Source: Candidatus Stahliibacteriota bacterium
GTDB taxonomy: Bacteria; Hydrothermota; Tepidihabitantia; SM23-42
Assembly: GCA_030609135.1 (NCBI GenBank)
Contig: JAUWCU010000001.1
Location: 927 to 64,926, forward strand
Length of the DNA stretch: 64,000 nucleotides
Direction of reading: 5' to 3'
Below the pieces are notes generated by a model. That model worked only from the letters and a program-made list of their open reading frames with translations, was not told where the DNA came from and did no database searches. Made by a program: the position numbers and the translations under genes. Of the stretch, positions 40,184 to 49,830 are shown piece by piece (positions within the stretch are counted from its first letter, which is position 1; every line of letters starts with the position of its first letter).

Positions 40184-40585
40184 TTAATAATCTTTTTGAA
40201 ATGTAGAAAACCAGGATTTGAAAGAAGTAATGTTTTTGGTATTACCGACCCCATATAGAAAAAACCCATGTTCCATAACCTCTCGCGCAATTCCCCAGTT
40301 TTCTTTTATTGAAGAACGAACTTCCTCCAGAGTATAAGGAAATACGTCAACACTCAAACCAATTTTCTCTGGTATAAATTGGGGGATACGGTCATCAAAT
40401 CTTTCTTTTGAATCTTTTAAGAGTATAAGAATATCGGCATCACTTGCTGGTGTTGCTTCATTATTTGCCAATGAGCCAAAAAGAACCACGGCTAATACAT
40501 TCTTATTACAAGACATATTCTCAGCCCAATGTCTAAGTTTAGCAATAATCTCTTTGCTATTTATCCGAAATACCTTTACTGACAC
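40184..40585 (-). CDS. Minimal nucleotidyltransferase (MNT) antitoxin-like protein (GTG start)
   Basis: LFGSLANNEATPASDADILIL nucleotidyltransferase motif (GS...D.D). Confidence 0.7.
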   Translation of the reverse strand: MSVKVFRINSKEIIAKLRHWAENMSCNKNVLAVVLFGSLANNEATPASDADILILLKDSKERFDDRIPQFIPEKIGLSVDVFPYTLEEVRSSIKENWGIAREVMEHGFFLYGVGNTKNITSFKSWFSTFQKDY

Positions 40586-40774
40586 AGAAATTCATTACCT
40601 CCTCGCAAATCTTTATTGCCTGGTCAGCATCTTCTTTCGTATAAAATCTATATGCAGGACCGGAAGGGTGTGCGTTTGGATATCTTGTTGGTATATATCG
40701 CCATCCTTGATACTGTTACGGGCATGTTGTAGATCAGCTTTTGCTTGCTCAAACCAGTCCTTTGACCTGTTCAT
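40558..40774 (-). pseudogene. HEPN-domain toxin remnant: N-terminal MNRSKDWFEQAKADLQHARNSIKDGDIY joined out of frame to C-terminal ...YPNAHPSGPAYRFYTKEDADQAIKICEEVMNFCVSKGISDK, lacking the central Rx4-6H region
   Basis: Hand translation of two frames; gene partner of adjacent MNT; about 60 codons missing plus frameshift. Confidence 0.5.
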
Positions 40775-40882
40775 CTACCGTATTATAATATATGTACTTT
40801 AAATGTCAATAGGTAGTAAAATATAAAAAATAGAGCAAATTTAGCACATTGACATAATTTTTTTATTGAATATAATATTTCA

Positions 40883-40940
40883 CCCTCACCCCGTATGAGG
40901 TACGGGGCAGGCTCTTAATCCTTTCCCATCAAGGGAGAGG
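40883..40940 (+). other. Conserved two-hairpin motif CCCCGTA-loop-TACGGGGCAGG ... CCTTTCCC-loop-GGGAGAGG (copy 1), immediately upstream of tRNA-Leu; copy 2 at 42568-42625, partial copy 3 at 51760-51790 (minus)
   Basis: Sequence repeats with a wobble/Watson-Crick difference in the second stem between copies (consistent with RNA structure). Confidence 0.4.
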
Positions 40941-40961
40941 AGATAGAGTGGAGGTTAACAC

Positions 40962-41048
40962 GCCGGGGTGATGGAATTGGTAGACATAGCGGACTTAAAA
41001 TCCGCTTCTCAGCAATGGGAGTGCCGGTTCGAGTCCGGCCCTCGGCAT
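40962..41048 (+). tRNA. tRNA-Leu (anticodon TAA), long variable arm
   Basis: Acceptor GCCGGGG/CCTCGGC (one GU), D-arm, anticodon loop CTTAAAA, variable arm, T-arm GCCGG-TTCGAGT-CCGGC. Confidence 0.9.
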
Positions 41049-41200
41049 TTCACAGCGAAGCTGTGAACAAATACCTAAAAGTCCTAAATGCCTAAATATT
41101 AAGGCTTCGTTGTCTGGTTGTGGTTGCGAGAAAAGTTTGGGTATTATAATTTGGATATTGTTTGGGATTTGGTGCTTGGTTCTTGGAACTTGAAGGTTTG

Positions 41201-42553
41201 TTATAACAAACCTTTCTTTTTGTATTTTTTTATCCTATTGAGCAGGGTTTTATAGGAGACTTTGAGGCGGCGGGTGGTCTCTGATTTGTTGCCACCTGTT
41301 TCCTCGAGGGTCTTTTTAATAAGGACTGCTTCAGCTTTTTCCTGACCACGATTGCCAGCTTCTTTTAGACTCCTGGCGCGTTCAACCAACACATCTGCGC
41401 TCGTGGTACCTGGCAAAAGCATGTGCTTTGATTGGATAGTGTCTTTTGCAATAATCACGGCTCTTTCAATCGTATTTTCCAGCTCTCGGATATTGCCGGG
41501 CCAGTCATAATCTTGTAGCTTCTGATATGCATTGACAGAGATTTTTTTTGCAGAATGCAATCTCCGGCTGAGGATGTGATCAACGAGAATTGGTATATCT
41601 TCTTTTCTTTCTCGTAAGTTCGGTATTATAATAGGAAAAACACTCAATCGATAATAGAGGTCTTCGCGAAACCTCTTTTCCTTAACGAGTTCCAGAAGGT
41701 CTTGGTTGCTGGCAGCTATTATTCTCACATCGACTTCTATTGAATAAGTACCGCCCAGCCTTTCAAAGGTTTTCTCCTGGAGGACACGGAGGATTTTTGC
41801 CTGCAGATTCAAGTCGAGATCGCCTATTTCATCGAGGAATACGGTCCCTTTATTGGCAAGTTCGAATTTACCCAATTTACGTGCTACAGCACCGGTAAAC
41901 GCCCCCTTTTCAGAACCAAACAACTCATTTTCCAGAAGTTCACGAGGGATGGCAGCACAGTTAAGCGGCACAAAAGGATTTTCTTTTCTCGAAGAAAGCA
42001 TGTGGCAAGCACGGGCAAACAATTCTTTGCCAGTACCGGATTCGCCTAAGAGGAGTACTGTTGTATCAGTGGGCGCTGCTTTTTTGAGCAGTTCGGTTGT
42101 CTTTCTTATCGCCGGGCTTTTGCCGATTATCATAGGTAAACCGTGAATCTTTTCGGCCTCCTCCTTGAAAATGATATTCTCGTAAAGGCATCGTCGTTCT
42201 CCGATAATACGGGTCAGGAGACTGATGAGTTGTTCAATGTCAAAAGGTTTCGTTAAAAAATCACAAGCGCCAAGCTTGATGGCTTCAACTGCACGCTCGA
42301 TCGTACCGAATGCAGTCATTATTATGAACTTTGTGTCGGTGTCAAATTTCTTGAGCTTACGCAGCAGATCCACGCCGTCTATATCTGGCAATCTGAGGTC
42401 GATGAGGGCAATGCCGAACTGTTCTTTTTTGAAAACCTGCAGAGCTTCGCGTCCTTTTCTTACCAGGGTTGCTGATATGCCGGCATCTTCCAGGTTACTG
42501 CGCAGCATTTCGCCGAAGCTTGCTTTGTCTTCAATGATCAGGACGTCAGACAT
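41201..42553 (-). CDS. Sigma54-dependent response regulator (NtrC family: REC + AAA+ + Fis-type HTH)
   Basis: REC ALIDLRLPDIDG; Walker A GESGTGKELFARA; GAFTGA motif; C-terminal HTH. Confidence 0.9.
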   Translation of the reverse strand: MSDVLIIEDKASFGEMLRSNLEDAGISATLVRKGREALQVFKKEQFGIALIDLRLPDIDGVDLLRKLKKFDTDTKFIIMTAFGTIERAVEAIKLGACDFLTKPFDIEQLISLLTRIIGERRCLYENIIFKEEAEKIHGLPMIIGKSPAIRKTTELLKKAAPTDTTVLLLGESGTGKELFARACHMLSSRKENPFVPLNCAAIPRELLENELFGSEKGAFTGAVARKLGKFELANKGTVFLDEIGDLDLNLQAKILRVLQEKTFERLGGTYSIEVDVRIIAASNQDLLELVKEKRFREDLYYRLSVFPIIIPNLRERKEDIPILVDHILSRRLHSAKKISVNAYQKLQDYDWPGNIRELENTIERAVIIAKDTIQSKHMLLPGTTSADVLVERARSLKEAGNRGQEKAEAVLIKKTLEETGGNKSETTRRLKVSYKTLLNRIKKYKKKGLL

Positions 42554-42669
42554 GGATTATTTTACCCCTCACCCCCGTATCAAGTACAGGGCAGGCTTTT
42601 CCCCTCTCCCCCAAGGTGAGAGGGAAAAAGGATAAAAGCCCCTTTGCATGTTCTTTCAAGATACTGTCG

Positions 42670-44271
42670 TCACTCTGGTTTATCTATAGTGTATTTCTGG
42701 ACCATCTCCTTAAGTTGGTTTGATACGGTAACGAGTTCCTGGCTCGTCGCGGTAAACTCCTGGGCAGCAGCTGATTGCTCCTGAATTGAAGCAAGTATCT
42801 GCTCAGCAGCTGCAGAATTATCCTTTGATATGCTGTGCGAATTTTCTACCTGTTCTATTATGTTAATTATCTCTCCCTCTTCTTTTGAAATCATCTCATT
42901 AATAGTCTTGATCGCTAAGTTAAGTTCAATCACGTTGTCTGAAATAGCCTTCATAGCATCGGTGGTTGATTTTACTACGATACTCCCATCGCTGATTGCT
43001 CTGTTGACTTCTTCCGTGCTTGCCGTAACGGTCTTTACGGATTCCATCATTTCTTTAATAATTCTGCCGATCTCTGATGCTGATTCCTGCGAACTGTCGG
43101 CAAGTTTCTTTATTTCATCAGCAACAATTGAAAAACCACGACCGTATTCACCAGCTCGTGCCGCTTCAATGGAAGCATTAAGTGATAGTATATTAATCTT
43201 CCCAGCTATAGCGTCTATTGTATTAACTATCTTATTGATGGCTAATGAAATATCCTGAACCTTGGTCATAAGAGATGTCAGATAATCGTATCTTTTGCCG
43301 ATCAAATCAATATTATTAATCACGACCTCGCTCTGACTGATTGCATTGGACGCGCTGTCTGACACACCGATCGAAAATTCTTCAATTTTTTTAACATTGC
43401 TCACAACTCCGAAACTCACCTCGCTGAGATTCTTTCCAGTGGTGATCGTCTTGTCGAGTTCATTGTACTGCTCATTAATACCTTCAGTCATCTTCTGGGC
43501 AGTATTGACTATCTCTGAGGAAGCACCTGCCATCTCATCAGCCGTCGAGGCAATCTGTTCGCCCATGTCGATCAAGCTATTAACTATCCGTTTAACAAAC
43601 CTCATGAGCTCCGCCTCAGACTCAACAATTCGATTGAAACTCTTAGCAAGATACGAAAGCTCATCTTTCTCTTTATCCGTAACTCGAATGCTAAGATCGC
43701 CTTCTGCAACCTTGGCGGAAGCAATACGCATCGCCTTTATCCTCTGCAATGTCTTATCAAAATCACCGACCAAAATCAGGCCAATAAAGGTCAGAAAAAC
43801 AAGTTTCAGAATTTCCAAATTAATATCTAACCACGGATACTGTGCACTTGTTGCGAGAATCATCACGAGATAAGACAAGTCAACGAGGACAACGGCGAAA
43901 AGTCCGTTCTTCCTGCCTGAAAACACAGCAGGATGGATTATTATATAGAAGTAAATCAGGAAAAAGGGAACCCTGATAGATGGTTCAATATGACCGAGCG
44001 CGAAACTGAGGAGTAGCGTGGTAACAGCAGTAATTGAATAAGGCATGACAGGAGAGTATATGTTTCTTCTGCACAACATGTAGATTACAAAACCAAAAAC
44101 AAAAACCAGCAGCGTAATAATTGGTATGATAATAGGAACGACCAAGAATTTGAATAAACATCCTAAGATAAAAATTATTTCAAGCAAAAGGCAAAATGCC
44201 ATTGTCGAAACAGCACCTTTCAACGAGAAATTCTTGCCTTTTAAAATGTTTTCTTGTTTTATGATATCCAT
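42670..44271 (-). CDS. Methyl-accepting chemotaxis protein (membrane, HAMP + MCP signalling domain)
   Basis: N-terminal multi-TM region, HAMP, conserved MCP hairpin region ...SLNASIEAARAGEYGRGFSIVADEIKKLA; start ATG overlaps thiC stop (TGATG). Confidence 0.85.
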   Translation of the reverse strand: MDIIKQENILKGKNFSLKGAVSTMAFCLLLEIIFILGCLFKFLVVPIIIPIITLLVFVFGFVIYMLCRRNIYSPVMPYSITAVTTLLLSFALGHIEPSIRVPFFLIYFYIIIHPAVFSGRKNGLFAVVLVDLSYLVMILATSAQYPWLDINLEILKLVFLTFIGLILVGDFDKTLQRIKAMRIASAKVAEGDLSIRVTDKEKDELSYLAKSFNRIVESEAELMRFVKRIVNSLIDMGEQIASTADEMAGASSEIVNTAQKMTEGINEQYNELDKTITTGKNLSEVSFGVVSNVKKIEEFSIGVSDSASNAISQSEVVINNIDLIGKRYDYLTSLMTKVQDISLAINKIVNTIDAIAGKINILSLNASIEAARAGEYGRGFSIVADEIKKLADSSQESASEIGRIIKEMMESVKTVTASTEEVNRAISDGSIVVKSTTDAMKAISDNVIELNLAIKTINEMISKEEGEIINIIEQVENSHSISKDNSAAAEQILASIQEQSAAAQEFTATSQELVTVSNQLKEMVQKYTIDKPE

Positions 44272-45521
44272 CAAGACCTCCCGATGATTTCTTTCGTCTT
44301 CTTCATAGCACAAAAGTCTCCGCACATTGTACAAGTGAACTTAGATTTAGAACGAGACCGCCTGTAGATCTTACCTGCCTTATCTTTATCGACAAGCAAA
44401 CTGAGCATCTTTTGCCAATCGAGCGAGTACCTTGCTTTTGACAATGCAAGGTCAACATCCCTTGCCCCACCTACGCCTTTACCGATATCTCCGGCGTGCG
44501 CCGCCAATCTTGAAGCTATCACACCTTCCCTTACCTCCTCAACATTAGGCAACCCAAGATGTTCTGAAGGTGTAACATAGCACAGATAATCCGCGCCAAA
44601 ATACGCCGCCATAGCGCCGCCAATGGCAGCGACAATGTGATCATAGCCAGCACCGATGTCCGTCACTAAAGGACCCAATACGTAGAATGGTGCACCATCA
44701 CAGATATTCTTCTCCAATTGAATGTTCGCTTCGATTTCGTGAATAGGTATGTGGCCTGGCCCCTCAACCATAACTGAAACCCCTTGTTCTCTTGCCCATC
44801 GCACCAGTTCACCAATCACGATGAGTTCTCTTATCTGATATCTATCAGTAGAATCGGCGATTGCTCCGGGTCTGAGACCGTCGCCAAGGCTCAGTGTTGC
44901 ATTGTACTTTTTGGCTAACCCAAGAAGCCGGTCATAGTACTCGTAAAGCGGGTTTTCTTTTTTGTTGTAAGCCATCCACTCGACCATCATGGAACCACCG
45001 CGACTGACCACACCGCAGATCCTCTTTTTCTTCCGTAAACCTTCAATACTCTGATTTGTCACACCACAGTGCACCGTGATAAAATCGACGCCATCATCCA
45101 GATGCTTTTCAATAACTTCGAAGATTTCATTCACTGATGCGTCCAGGAACGCTTTTCTTCTCTTGCGTGCTTCAATAGCGACCTGGTATATGGGAACCGT
45201 GCCGATCGGTACTTTAGACGCCCTAATGATTGAACGTCTGATACGGTTGATATCCCCACCTGTGGAAAGGTCCATGACGGTATCAGCACCCGCCTTTATT
45301 GAAACTGCCAGTTTACGAAGTTCTAACCTCAAATCAGCAAGATCAGGAGATGTACCGATATTTGCGTTGACTTTGGTTCTCAATCCTTTACCTATTGCGA
45401 GTGGTGTAATACGGTGCTTGCGATTCTTTACAAGAACTATGTTGCCTTGCTTAATCCCACGCTTCAAAAACTGTATTGAAACGCCCTCTCTTTTGGCAAC
45501 TGTTTGGAGCAAAGACGGCAT
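44271..45521 (-). CDS. thiC: Phosphomethylpyrimidine synthase ThiC
   Basis: VNANIGTS, GADTVMDLSTGG, VPIGTVPIYQ, C-terminal CTMCGDFC radical-SAM-like Fe-S motif. Confidence 0.9.
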   Translation of the reverse strand: MPSLLQTVAKREGVSIQFLKRGIKQGNIVLVKNRKHRITPLAIGKGLRTKVNANIGTSPDLADLRLELRKLAVSIKAGADTVMDLSTGGDINRIRRSIIRASKVPIGTVPIYQVAIEARKRRKAFLDASVNEIFEVIEKHLDDGVDFITVHCGVTNQSIEGLRKKKRICGVVSRGGSMMVEWMAYNKKENPLYEYYDRLLGLAKKYNATLSLGDGLRPGAIADSTDRYQIRELIVIGELVRWAREQGVSVMVEGPGHIPIHEIEANIQLEKNICDGAPFYVLGPLVTDIGAGYDHIVAAIGGAMAAYFGADYLCYVTPSEHLGLPNVEEVREGVIASRLAAHAGDIGKGVGGARDVDLALSKARYSLDWQKMLSLLVDKDKAGKIYRRSRSKSKFTCTMCGDFCAMKKTKEIIGRS

Positions 45522-45763
45522 TATATCTTCTCCACTGACACACCAACTGATGTTTTGGGCACAGCAACAGAAACGAATTTCAGGATAAAAGACATTGCCC
45601 TTTCTTCATTGGGCGCCTCAAATGTTAGCAGAAAATCAGGTTTGCCAAACAAAGTCAGAAACTCTCTTATTTTAATATCTTTTGGTATTTCGAGCTTTCT
45701 AATTATCTTATGCAACTCATCGACCCTACCAGGGATTACGTCAAGAGTGGAAACGAAAATCAT
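45521..45763 (-). CDS. Small hypothetical protein (possible stand-alone Lrp/AsnC-type ligand-binding-like domain)
   Basis: ORF with plausible upstream consensus promoter (TTGACA-16-TATAAT at about 45790-45822 minus); weak similarity only. Confidence 0.3.
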   Translation of the reverse strand: MIFVSTLDVIPGRVDELHKIIRKLEIPKDIKIREFLTLFGKPDFLLTFEAPNEERAMSFILKFVSVAVPKTSVGVSVEKI

Positions 45764-45833
45764 AGACCTCCTTATACAATATTATAATCTAAAATAAATA
45801 CTTGTCAATGAGCTGCTTGGTGCAGCGTGATGT

Positions 45834-46035
45834 AACGGTTTTGCTATCCTAAAATTGTAGTGGCCTGATTTATCAGGCATTGCAATAACGAAGTTATTGC
45901 ACTAAAAGAAGCCCGATGAATCCAGCTCTTTTGTAAAAGGGCGGGATGAATTGGGCAACTACATTATTTTATAGCATTTCTGGCAATTTGGCCTCACTGT
46001 TTTTACCATTTTTTAGAATAGCTTACCTATTACAG
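45834..46035 (-). ncRNA. Repeat element family A, copy 3 (different insertion in hairpin 3; promoter region diverged)
   Basis: About 90% identity to copies 1 and 2 outside the variable loop. Confidence 0.4.
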
Positions 46036-46189
46036 CGTAATTGCGGTGATTAACAGAAAGATTGCAGAAACACTCGGTAATTTAGCAATTGAACTATCAG
46101 GTTATTAAAGGATCTTTTAGGTATGCTTTCTTCAGCGAAGGCGTGTCTCCGGTGAAACGGAGAAATACATTCGATGGGATAAATCAATA

Positions 46190-46320
46190 GCGTTATGATC
46201 GTTTAGACCATTTTGATCGTTAATATCGTTGTTTTTCGCCCTACGCTTTACTCACTACGCCTTACGCTTTTCCCGTTACCCCGTTACTCCGACACTCTAT
46301 CCAGTATCTACTCTGTTACC
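46190..46320 (+). repeat. Left arm of an inverted repeat pair (about 85 nt at ~90% identity plus ~45 nt rearranged) with partner at 51440-51570
   Basis: Hand alignment of 46190-46275 with reverse complement of 51486-51570. Confidence 0.6.
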
Positions 46321-46565
46321 TTGTATACTTCGTCGTGTTCGTGCACTGGATTATCTACTTTTAACCCGACTTCATCGCCTTTTTTGGCTTTTTCGATCTT
46401 CTCGTGCTCGACCTGCATAGAATTGATTGTCTGGCTAAAATCAGTATATTTGCCTTTTATGTGGATTGTATCGCCGACCTTTACTTCATCGTCATCAACT
46501 TTGAGAACGGCAACACTAATCTTCCCAAAATAATGGGTTATCGTACCGATTAGTTTCTCCATCAT
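46308..46565 (-). CDS. Small hypothetical protein (EF-Tu domain-2-like beta-barrel, speculative)
   Basis: 85 aa ORF, Lys/Glu/Val-rich beta pattern; no strong motif. Confidence 0.35.
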   Translation of the reverse strand: MMEKLIGTITHYFGKISVAVLKVDDDEVKVGDTIHIKGKYTDFSQTINSMQVEHEKIEKAKKGDEVGLKVDNPVHEHDEVYKVTE

Positions 46566-46730
46566 ACCCCCTTTTTCCTTCGGAAAAATAGATGGAAACG
46601 GATTTGCCTATCGGCAAATTAAGATGTAGACGGATCTAATTTGACAAAAATTCTGTCTGCATCTGCTGCCATTTGTGTGAATCCTTCATTTTTCAAGCAT
46701 CTAATCCCAAACCTGTCTTCCATCTTTATT

Positions 46731-48377
46731 CTATACCTTAATCCCTCTTTCCAAGAACATATGTCTTTTTATCTTTTGAGTCGTAGTTTTTGGAAACTCT
46801 TCTTGTCTGACTTCAAACTGGGTAATCTTTTTGTAAGCAGGCAACTCTGCATTGACCTCGCGTACAACATCCTTGAATATCGCCTCGACATCCTCTTTCT
46901 TGAGTATTGTCTCGCTTGAAATACTGTATTCTTCGAGCAATTCGTAATCAGGGAATATCAGCGCACATATCGACTCTTTCTTGGTCTTTGCATCAATCCT
47001 CGGTACCACAAGCACCTCTTTCACCCATTGGCACTTTATTAGTTTCTCTTCCAACTCCTCAGGATAGATATTCTTGCCGCTTTGAGTGACAATGAGGCTT
47101 TTCTTCCTTCCGCTAATATAGAGATAACCGTCCTCATCAAGATGACCTAAATCACCGGTGTATAACCACCCATCCTTAATGACCTCATCAGTTGCTACTT
47201 GGTTCTTGTAGTATCCAAGCATTATATTAGGTCCGCGTACGACTATCTCACCAATGCCATCTTTCTCAGGCTTATGGATCTTCACTTCGATGCCAGGAAG
47301 TACAATACCGACTGAGGCTATTTTGGGTTTTTCTAAGGGGCTTACCGAAATAACCGGCGCAGCTTCGGTCAAACCATAACCCTGGATAATCGGGATTGCG
47401 AAGAGCTTTAGGCCCCGCGCTACCTTCTCAGTAAGTGCCGCGCCTCCGGCACAGGCAAGACGCAGATTTCCCAAACCCATTTCATACCTGACTTTGACAA
47501 AGAGCGGTTTGCGCAAAAATTTAAAGACTGAACCGATACTGCTAATGGCATTGAACATTATTTTTTTAGGGATTGAAGCCGCACCAACCTTTCTGTGAAC
47601 CGCAGCAAGAAATTTCTCGAAAAGCAGTGGTACTGCAATGAGGCACGATACATTCGCTTCTTTCATGGTTGCCACAAGGTCTTTCGGCTTCAGGCTCGCC
47701 GGGTAGTAAATAGCAGCTCCTTTAAAAAGTGGCAGTATAAAACCAGCCGTGCTTTCAAAAGTATGGTGCATAGGGATGATCGACACAAGGGTATCCTTTT
47801 CAATAATCTCGATTATCTTGTCAATGCATTCGAGGTTACTTATGATATTATTGTTACTCAACATGACTGCTTTTGAAGTACCAGTTGTCCCTGATGTGAA
47901 AATGAGTACGGCCAGCGAGTCAGGGTCAATGTCGCCAACCGGCACCTCTTTTGCTACTTCCATATCTTTTATTGTATCCATTAGAATAACGTGTTTGAAA
48001 TCACTGAGTTCTGGTTTAACATCTTCGATCTTGTCTATATAGTTCTCAGAAGCAATAACCCCCTTTGCTTCGCTATTACGCAGGATATGAAGAATTTCTG
48101 CTTGGGAAAGCATACGATCAACCGGCACAACGACCAAACCTGCCCTGACAATTGCCAGATAACCGATTGCCCATTCTGGCCGGTTCTCACCAAAAACTGC
48201 AAACTTGTCACCCTTTTTCAAACCCAGCTTCAATAAGTGGTTCTTGAGATAAACGACTCTCTTTTTGAGCTGAGCATACGTGTATTCGGTGTCACCTTTT
48301 TTCAAAGCCAGTCGGTCAGGGAATTTTTCCACAGCTGGTTCGAAAACCTCACCTAATGTCCTCGTTTTCTTATTCAT
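46731..48377 (-). CDS. AMP-dependent acyl-CoA synthetase (long-chain-fatty-acid--CoA ligase family)
   Basis: AMP-binding motif FTSGTTGTSKAV, YGLTE, GWLYTGDLG, C-terminal K. Confidence 0.85.
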   Translation of the reverse strand: MNKKTRTLGEVFEPAVEKFPDRLALKKGDTEYTYAQLKKRVVYLKNHLLKLGLKKGDKFAVFGENRPEWAIGYLAIVRAGLVVVPVDRMLSQAEILHILRNSEAKGVIASENYIDKIEDVKPELSDFKHVILMDTIKDMEVAKEVPVGDIDPDSLAVLIFTSGTTGTSKAVMLSNNNIISNLECIDKIIEIIEKDTLVSIIPMHHTFESTAGFILPLFKGAAIYYPASLKPKDLVATMKEANVSCLIAVPLLFEKFLAAVHRKVGAASIPKKIMFNAISSIGSVFKFLRKPLFVKVRYEMGLGNLRLACAGGAALTEKVARGLKLFAIPIIQGYGLTEAAPVISVSPLEKPKIASVGIVLPGIEVKIHKPEKDGIGEIVVRGPNIMLGYYKNQVATDEVIKDGWLYTGDLGHLDEDGYLYISGRKKSLIVTQSGKNIYPEELEEKLIKCQWVKEVLVVPRIDAKTKKESICALIFPDYELLEEYSISSETILKKEDVEAIFKDVVREVNAELPAYKKITQFEVRQEEFPKTTTQKIKRHMFLERGIKV

Positions 48378-48762
48378 TTTTGCACCTCAATTGAATTATG
48401 TTTTCCCTTCCCTTTTTTGCTAAAATAGAAACAAGGTCATCAGCTGAATGTTTGTTCCTCAACATGAAAAACTCAATCAACATAGGAAGGTTGACGCCAC
48501 TTATGATATGAAGATCCTTTGTGTATTTCAATAGATTGTAGCAACTGATCGTACAACTGCCGCCTGGTAGATCAAGAAACATAATCGTGCTTTTATAATC
48601 GCCCTTGCTTATTACTTCGTTGATTTTCTCCGTCATACCAGCACAGGAAAACCCCTTATTAGAAATAACCTCAACCTCAGGTTGCTCGCCAACTATCTGC
48701 TCAGCGGTCTTGAGTATCGCCTTGGCGAATTCCCCATGACCGATAATAATACCTCTAATCAT
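48370..48762 (-). CDS. PTS EIIA component, mannose/fructose class (PtsN-like regulatory EIIA context)
   Basis: GIIIGHGEFA N-terminus with phosphorylatable His, LDLPGGS, GVNLPML typical of EIIA-Man. Confidence 0.65.
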   Translation of the reverse strand: MIRGIIIGHGEFAKAILKTAEQIVGEQPEVEVISNKGFSCAGMTEKINEVISKGDYKSTIMFLDLPGGSCTISCYNLLKYTKDLHIISGVNLPMLIEFFMLRNKHSADDLVSILAKKGRENIIQLRCKNE

Positions 48763-48849
48763 ATCTGGCGCCGTTTTAAATTATCAATGTTCGATTTTGC
48801 AATTCTGTTCGAACAAAAATAAAACACAAACTATTTGAAACGGTACTGG

Positions 48850-49830
48850 CTATTCTATCTCCTCGTCGTAGCGTGAAGTTGGTGCTTCCATTTGTGCAAG
48901 GATTCTTTTCAACTCCTCGTTGTATTCTTTAGCCGGATGAACACCTCTGAGTTTTAGCAGATAATTCATTGCAACGACTTCGGCAATTACCGAAACGTTC
49001 TTCCCGGGCGTGAGGGGAATTACGATGCGTGGTATCTCAATACCCAATATCTTCTTGTTCTTCCCTTGGATGCCGACGCGTTCAAAATCACCTTTCGTCT
49101 CATCCCAAAGCACGAGTTCCATGACAATTTCTATACGCTTGTGCGACCTTACGGACTTCACGCCAAAGATCCTGTAGATGTCGACTAGTCCAACACCTCT
49201 TACTTCAATGTAGTGTTTGAGCTGAGCGCTCTTTTCGGCACCAGACCCAACAAGAATATCACCTCTCTGTACAATTTTGACAAGATCATCCGCAACAAAA
49301 CGATGTCCACGCTCAATCAAATCCAGAGCGCACTCACTCTTACCAGTCCCTGGTTTACCCATAAACAAAACACCGACGCCGTAGATATCGACGAGGGTGC
49401 CCTGAATGAATTTTGTGGGTGCCAGCTTGTACGCCAGATAGGTTGAAAGTTTATGAATAAAAGGGGTCGTCGACATAGGGGTTCGCAATATTGGAATTTT
49501 CCTTCGTATCGCTTCTTCCTTGAATTTGTCGCCAATGCTCAATTTTTTTGCAACGATGACGCATGGGGTTCCCAATTTCATGATCTCTGCGACGCGTTGA
49601 TTCCGGAGCTGCTTGGTTAGGGTTTTGAGATAAGATACCTCGGTTCTGCCGATAATAATAACGCGCTCACTTAAAAAATATCCTGTGTATCCGGCAAGTG
49701 CGAGACCGGGTCGAAAAATATCGTATGTCGAAATCTTTTTATCCCTTAGATAGCTCTCGCCAACAACAACCTCAAGTGAGAACTCTTCTTTTTTATCTTT
49801 GAACAATGTTTCAACAGTTACGAAACTCAT
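48850..49830 (-). CDS. hprK: HPr kinase/phosphorylase
   Basis: Walker A GKPGTGKSE, HprK signature ...LDLIERGHRFVADD..., C-terminal capping region. Confidence 0.9.
   Translation of the reverse strand: MSFVTVETLFKDKKEEFSLEVVVGESYLRDKKISTYDIFRPGLALAGYTGYFLSERVIIIGRTEVSYLKTLTKQLRNQRVAEIMKLGTPCVIVAKKLSIGDKFKEEAIRRKIPILRTPMSTTPFIHKLSTYLAYKLAPTKFIQGTLVDIYGVGVLFMGKPGTGKSECALDLIERGHRFVADDLVKIVQRGDILVGSGAEKSAQLKHYIEVRGVGLVDIYRIFGVKSVRSHKRIEIVMELVLWDETKGDFERVGIQGKNKKILGIEIPRIVIPLTPGKNVSVIAEVVAMNYLLKLRGVHPAKEYNEELKRILAQMEAPTSRYDEEIE

Noticed and set aside
44271-45840. TPP riboswitch upstream of thiC (and of thiE at 51403-51440)
   Set aside because: Scanned the reverse complement of the 5' regions for the conserved CUGAGA / ACCUGAUCUGGAUAAUGCCAGCG core and found no match. 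The 5' region of thiC is occupied by a small ORF and a consensus promoter.
46213-46533. 106 aa and 63 aa plus-strand ORFs (46213..46533, 46229..46420)
   Set aside because: They span the inverted-repeat arm and overlap the better-supported minus-strand small gene. Composition is repeat-driven (Ser/Thr/Leu/Pro).
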